Of a stretch of 64,000 bases of DNA, positions 57,221-64,000 are shown piece after piece. Below the pieces are notes generated by a model that was not told where the DNA came from, ran no database searches, and saw only the letters and a list, made by a program, of their open reading frames with translations. Position 1 is the first letter of the stretch; each line of letters begins with the position of its first letter. The DNA is taken from assembly GCA_951406725.2 (NCBI GenBank), contig OX597828.1, forward strand, positions 37,758,001-37,822,000, in the 5' to 3' direction. The position numbers and the translations under genes are program-made. This stretch comes from Octopus vulgaris. Taxonomy: Eukaryota.

Positions 57221-58501
57221 CAGGGTGGGGAAGCAAAACTTGGAATATTTTGGAAGTCTTATTTTTCATATATTCCTGAGCATAAATACTAAAATATTGT
57301 TTTCTATTTCAGGGTGTAGGTATATAGAGCTAATTTATGAAGAAGTTCCAGTCGTGCAATCTAGCATGTCCACTCATGAAGTCAAGAGACAACACATAGC
57401 AGATTATTTTGGCGCTGGGGTTACAATTAGATGTTGGAGTTGCTGAGACTCTTGGGGTCTCTGTGAGCACTGTCTACAACGTTAAAAACTGAATGTTGGA
57501 TATGGGAGGCATCTAGAGATGACAAGGAAGTGGAGGCATAAATACAAAACAAGATAATGCATTTCTTAAATTTCTCAAAGCCAAAATTTCAAAAGGCCTA
57601 ACAACATCCATGACAAAACTGTCCATGGACATGAAAGTTGACCCAAAGACCAATAGAACTGCTGTACACACTGATTTACAGTTTGGGGTTATATGTGAGG
57701 ACCCCGAGATACATATTGACCTATGCAATGAAACCAGAAGGCAAAAAGGAGCCCCAAAAGTGTTGTAATATCTGAAGCACAATGGACAAACTATCAAAAT
57801 TTTTTTAGATAAAAAAAATGTTTACCATTGATGCTGTTTTAAACCTTCCAATTGATCGAAACATTGCTAAATCACCTGAAGTCTTTAGGACCAAGCACCC
57901 AGCTCAAGTCCTGGTACTCGGAGTTGTGGTATCTGATGGAAAAAATATGCCTCTCCATTTTTTTCAAGTGTGGGGAAAAGGTGGGGGCTGAAGTTTATTA
58001 CAAAGTCCTGTGGTATAAGGTTTTGCCTTGGATGAAGTCTAACTACCCCAATGATAATTATGTGTGCACTCAAGATGGTGCTCTACTCATTCGGTGAAGA
58101 AAGTGCAGAAATTCTGCAAAGACAACTTAATCAACTTTTGGCCAGCCAACTTCTGGCCATCTTCCAACCTAGACTTGAATCTCCCTCCTATATTATGCTG
58201 AATGGAGCAAATTGGAGTTCTCTACCAACAAAACTTCACATGCAAGTGTTGATCATCTTAAGCGATTGCTGAGGGAAGAATGGAACAACATGGCTGAGTA
58301 CTTCATCATGAAGAGTTGTGACGCTTTCAGGCAGCATGTGGAGGCTGTGGTGGACAACGAAACAGACATATTGAATAAATTGTCTCTTTATACCCCTATA
58401 AATTTGTGTCAAAATCATATACAAGTCAGGTTGCTGGATGTTGTAAAATAAATCATTTGGTGAATTATCTATTGTTTTCCAAGATTTGGTTCCCCACCCT
58501 A
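57221..58501 (+). mobile_element. Tc1/mariner DNA transposon, near full length (~1.28 kb), maT/DD37D-like, transposase inactivated
   Basis: Imperfect ~27-bp TIRs CAGGGTGGGGAAGCAAAACTTGGAA / TTCCAAGATTTGGTTCCCCACCCT; TA flanks; MSTHEVKRQHIAD, HTH, KIFLDKK.FTIDAVLN, RTKHPAQVLVLGVVVSDG, VCTQDGA..FWPSSNLDLN with spacing compatible with D37D. Confidence 0.9.
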
Positions 58502-58744
58502 TATATATATATATCTTAAAAGCCGCCCGACAGTTAGTTCCTATCGAGAGCTCTTCACTAGGCCTTGGACTCAACAATGGCACGCCATACCTTGAGTACA
58601 TATTAAATTTTGTTAAACTTGATCAATATTTTTCAAGCAATATGCAATTTTTATCAAAACAATGATATAATTTGTCGACTTGGAACTTATTGCAAAGCTG
58701 CATGATAAACATTTTTTTGTCTTCCTATTCGGCGGTCAGTACAG

Positions 58745-58747
58745 TTT

Positions 58748-58831
<84 letters not shown>

Positions 58832-58832
58832 T
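58745..58832 (+). repeat. (TTTC)n microsatellite
   Basis: Direct. Confidence 0.95.
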
Positions 58833-59644
58833 ATTACTGTCTTTCCTTCCTCCTCTCCCCCCTCTCTGTCTCCCTGTGTTGATTGTTTTCAACCATTACC
58901 ATCAACAGTACCACCACCACCATCGCCATCGCAACTGCCATTCAAACTTCTGACGCTACCGCCATCAATATCTTTGACTTCGCTGCTTTTCCATCCACCA
59001 CCACTACCACCATCACCACCACCACCACCACCATGAACTACTGCACCTGAAGCCGTCGAGAGACTACACCTATGGAACTTATAGATCAACAATTCCCATT
59101 TTTCGAGGGCGAAGTTTTAACTAGAAGGGGTTAACATCTGACTTCAAATCATATCAACTGTTTTTATATCAGAAATGTTTTAACAGCAAGATATTTTTGA
59201 TAGCAACAATCGATTGTGACGCAGTATTTTCTAGCAGGGTAGAACAAATATCGTAAAGGGGAAAAGTGTGCGCGCACACGCACACATATACATATATATA
59301 TACAAACGCATTATTTTTTCATGGAGTTCTAATATCAGTGAAATATCCCCCATAGACGGAAGAAAGTTGATAGAAGTACGGATTGGAATTGAACCACTTT
59401 TCTACGCTAGGCCGATTGCCGTGAAATGAAAACAGTCTCTTCTTGCTTGCACCAATAAAAGCTTTAATTATATGGCAGAAAGACATCCGACATATTTAGT
59501 TTATAACGGTCGTCCGGCCAACCTCATGCACATGGTTAATTTTTTTCCGAAATTATGTCCCTTATATTCTAAGTGTTATATTTTCCTATTTCTGTTTTTT
59601 TTTTTTTTTTTGAGCTGTTAGTAATTTATTTGCGAAGGACATCT

Positions 59645-59775
59645 AGCCGTCAGAATTGTTAGCACAATGGACAAAGTGATTTGCAGAATTTTTTTCCTTC
59701 TTTCTATTCTGAGTTCAAATTCTGTCGAGTTCTACTTTCCCTTTCATATTTTTTGGGTTAATAAGATAAATGCCA
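59645..59775 (+). mobile_element. Old SINE family B
   Basis: CAGAATTGTTAGCAC..TTCTGAGTTCAAATTCTGTCGAG..CTTTCAT. Confidence 0.6.
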
Positions 59776-60490
59776 ATCGAATAGCCACTTTTTACAAATT
59801 TTCAGGCCGCCTCCAACCCCCTTAAAAATGACGCATTTTCAAATTTCTCAACGCCCCAAACATAACTACCACAAATTTATATAATTCTTTACTTTTATTT
59901 CTGCAGATAGTTGGAAGTCGTCCAAATATCTTTGGTGTAATGGTTTATGACGACCGTTTTCTTTGCTTCTCACACATGATTAAATTCCTGCAGGTGAATT
60001 TATCGCTTTTTGTTCGGTCGAAGTGTGACATTTACTGGGGAATTATGAGATATTTATTATTTTAGTTTCATTTGTATTTCAGCTTCTTAAAATGGCGTAT
60101 TCTGAAATTCCCAATGCTTCGAATATAAACACATCGAACTGAGGCGTTTCTACCTTGTACAAATGGTTTACTGTTGTCAGTATCTCCTTGGTGTAGTTAT
60201 TTATAAAGGTTATCCAATTTGCAACATGTGGTTCAATTCCCCCAAGTGATTCTGTCCAAGGTTATTTATCTGTCTTAAACGATATATTATTTCATATATT
60301 ATTAGCTTTTATTTACCGATTTATTTATATTATACCTTTTAAAAAGCGACACAGAATTTCGAAATTGTCAATGCTTTGAACAAAACCAAGACATGCGTAA
60401 TAACAAATATCTTTTTATGATGCTTCCTTACTCATGCTGTTCTCTTACTTTTAGAAAAGGCAATCGACGACATTTTGAAGCTGTTACTAT

Positions 60491-60730
60491 TTACTCTTTT
60501 ACTTGTTTAAGTCATTCGACTGTGGCCATGCTGGAGTACAGCCTTTAGTCGAGTAAATCGATCCCAGGACTTATTCTATCGGTCTCTTTTGCCGAACTGC
60601 TATATGACGGGGACGTAAACACACCAGCATCAGTTGTCAAGCGATGTTGGAGGGACAAACACAGACACACAAATGCATACACACACATACACATATATAT
60701 ATACACATATATATACACATATATATATAC

Positions 60731-60808
<78 letters not shown>

Positions 60809-61192
60809 ATATATACACACACATATATATATATACATATATATATACATATATATATATATTATAAGACTAACTTCATTTTGCACAATACTTAATCATT
60901 GTTATATGTTTTATCTTATAGTTAATCTTTCTATAATATGTAATTTTTCTAAATGCTAGAATTTAATTTTTCATTATTGAATTGATAAAAGGTGGTTTTT
61001 TTCTAATTTATATATATATATATATATATACGACGGGCTTCTTTCAGTTTCCGTCTACAAAATCCACTCACAAGGCTTTGGTCGGCCCGAGGCTATAGTA
61101 GAAGACACTTGCCCAAGGGCCATGCAGTGGGACTGAACCCGAAACCATGCGGTTGGTAAGCAAACTACTTACCATACACCCACTTCTACGCC
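60491..61192 (-). mobile_element. SINE family A split by an insertion in its internal (TA)n (tail 60491-60672, head 61030-61192)
   Basis: Both halves collinear; ~150 bp of AT-rich non-SINE sequence (60861-61008) sits inside the microsatellite. Confidence 0.85.
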
Positions 61193-61599
61193 TACGACCC
61201 TTCCTGTTTTTCTCCAGTTGGGTGCCTGATTATTTGCAGTTTCTATTCGGATTTTGATGCACCGTGTTATGCTTTTCCCAGCGGGAAAGCCTCCCACTCC
61301 CTGATTTGTTGGTTCTGAATTTTCATAGACGATTTTGTTCTGTAACTATGTTTTATTCTATGCTGGTGTGATGACTCTACGCAACCCTACTTTTACTTCT
61401 GAGAAGAGCTTATATATATATTAGTCTAGCCTGCTAGGAGTTTGCTCTCAGGATTATTGTGTCACACAAGCCACTACACCGCAAAATGACATAACATTCA
61501 GATGGTTTCATGAAATCAATCCACTAAAATACATTGGTAAATAATAGTTTAAAACACATCGAGTATAGACACGCTGTCATTAACTGATAGATTGATAAC

Positions 61600-61810
61600 A
61601 ATGGTAGAACAGTGAACAATTATTTTTGCCGGATTTATACCGAATATTTCCGTTCAGAGTTCAAATTTTCCTCAGTTCAACATTGCTTTTCATCTCCCTG
61701 ATGCTTTATGTTATTAACCCCACTGGGATCGATAATCTAGAGTACAAATGATGTTACTCAAGTCGATATTATCTACTAATCCCGAGCAAAAAGCTTAGTT
61801 TTGTGCCTCT
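61600..61810 (+). mobile_element. Old SINE family B
   Basis: CGTTCAGAGTTCAAATT..TTGCTTTCATC..GATCGATAA..TTTGTGCCT. Confidence 0.5.
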
Positions 61811-61931
61811 TTTACAACCGAGTATTAACGGCCACGTATCTTTTTAATTAGTTTCATAAAATGATCTACTCTCAAATTTCTAAATGATTCTAAAAATAAG
61901 ATCTAAGTGTAAGCACAGGAATGTAAATGCA

Positions 61932-61971
<40 letters not shown>

Positions 61972-62861
61972 TTTCTAAAGCTTTTTTCCCCCTAAACTTC
62001 ACCGAAGAGTAATTGATCGATATGAGTGTGTATAAGGGACTTGATCCAAATGCCCCCCAGCGTGATTGACCCGGAACAATATAGTTACAAAATGGGATGT
62101 CTTCGACCCCAGAGTAAGAAAAACAAAACGTCATAACGAGCAACTGTATAGCGCAAGGAATTAGCCTGCCGCCATTTTGATTTGGCAAAAAAAAGCAAAA
62201 TATTAAATGCTTCAAGAGGAAGGAGCTGTGGGCCTGTCCTTGGCCGTTCCATCCCCAGGACGTTGAGTTTGATACAGTTAACAATTCTGTTGTTAGTTGA
62301 TTGTTATAGAGGAAACAAGAGCAAGAAGCATCTACCAGGAGAGAGACGTCCTGAAGAGGAAAGACTTAGTGAACTAATTCATGAGAAGTGTGCGGTTTGG
62401 CAGTGGTAAAAGCAATATGAGTGAAAATAAGAGAAGAGAGATGAGTAAATAGGAAGTTGTTTAGTAACGACGTCAAAAGATTAACCAACTTCGAAGTGCT
62501 GGGGTCATCGAAGTAGCGTTAGAATTAGGCCGAGAAATGACACAAAATATTTATGTTCACCAGATGCTGGGGTGATACTGGTGATCATGTGATTGAAATT
62601 CCTCCACGTTTGTCTATTAATAAAAGTTCATAGTCGTTAAAAACTCTCTATGTCTGTCTACGCCTAGGGTGAATTCCATGATTAAGTTGTTATTTAAAAT
62701 GATAGATTAATAATTGAAGCAGATAGTTTATAAATATTTTATGGTAAAAATATGTTTATTTGGTGTAAAATACGAAAGTGAAGACAATATAATTTCAAAA
62801 TCTTCGAAAGCCTTATTAATCACACTCAAACGGATGTTCTTATTCTATAAACTGTTAGTGC

Positions 62862-63065
62862 ACTGGATGGACAGAACCGTTACAGCGTCGAGAAAATGTT
62901 TCGCAGTATTTTTCCTCCCCGTTTTACTCACTGGGTAAAAATCCTGCCGAAGGCAACATTGCTTCGCATCCTGTCCAAAGTATCTGTCGAGTACTGCGAT
63001 TGATGCTATCGACTAACCTCCTGTCCCTCAAATGTTGCCGGCTTTGTACTTATATTAGAAAACAT
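62862..63065 (+). mobile_element. Old SINE family B
   Basis: CAGAACCGTTACAGC..AAATCCTGCCGAAGGCAAC..ATCGACTAACC..TTGTACTTATATTAGAAA. Confidence 0.55.
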
Positions 63066-63688
63066 TATTCTATAAATTATGAAAAGTATTTGTAAGGAAA
63101 ATCTCGTATCAATTCTCTGTGGACAGGTTCGTTAGCTATATAGTATTAGTTGTGGTGAGTAACTTTGCATCGCAACGTTTTAAGATACCGATAAATGGAA
63201 ACAGAAAGCTAACGTTTATGCTCTTCAAGGCGAACTGAAAATCAAAATATATTCAGAAAACCAGTGTAGCGAAGAGAGGGCTATAATATTCGGGCGAGTA
63301 GGCTTAGCTTGTAAACCTATTAAGAATGAAATACGTGTAGCTTATACATTGCCATAATATAATTGTTGAATATTAGATACAGCACAATATCATAATTCTG
63401 AATATATAATCTATAATAATATATAACAATATATAATACATAATATAATAATATCGGGACTGTGACAAGTGACGTGACATAAGAGCCATGATTATCATAC
63501 CGATTTGAAGAGGAAAGATTCTCTCGCACAAGAATTTGTCTATATTTTTTGTGTACGTTATTATTTAAAATTGCTTGGTTTTAGCTCGTAATAAAGCTGA
63601 AATATTGTTAGTAGTAGCCTAGCTTAGCGATATACAAAAACTGGTTCTATGAACTCATCCGATTATCTAGGTTATAAATATAAGATAA

Positions 63689-63794
<106 letters not shown>

Positions 63795-64000
63795 ATATAT
63801 ATGTATATATATATATCAAGATAAGCGAATCTAGCTATAGCGTTAGTAGTAATATAATATTGATAAGGTAAATGATGTTGATTGAGTGTACAACTAGAAT
63901 TTTAACTAAGACAAAGTGTCGATTCTGAAATCTTTAAGTAGATTAATGGTGATGTTGGATATTGAGATGTAAGGATATTAAGAATAGAGCGAACTGATAA

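Noticed and set aside
59117-59135. GGGGTTAA as a piggyBac end
   Set aside because: No partner TIR or transposase found

Overview
AT-rich, extremely microsatellite-rich animal DNA, most likely an octopus (coleoid cephalopod) intron or intergenic region. This is inferred from the tRNA-derived SINE families and the (TA)n/(CA)n/(TAGA)n/(TACA)n load. No host protein-coding gene, rRNA, true tRNA or CRISPR array is supported, and almost all ORF-track entries are translated microsatellites or SINEs. The window holds about 35 SINE copies or fragments from four tRNA-headed families. It also holds decayed LINE pieces (two RLE/R4-like 3' ends, RTE endonuclease, a CR1/L2-like 3' end, two L1/Tx1-like CCHC ORF1s), a Penelope GIY-YIG fragment, a near full-length Tc1/mariner (maT/DD37D-like) and hATm-like and mariner remnants. 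Three structural signals are unusual. (i) A dispersed set of minimal type-I hammerhead ribozyme motifs sits in Penelope-like termini, mostly inserted beside (TA)n tracts; one at 3420-3512 (minus) has an intact core and an extra hairpin. (ii) Three long near-perfect foldback palindromes each start right at a (TA)n tract. (iii) Several inverted and direct local duplications occur, including a ~670-bp-arm inverted repeat. Family names are from recalled motifs, not database searches.
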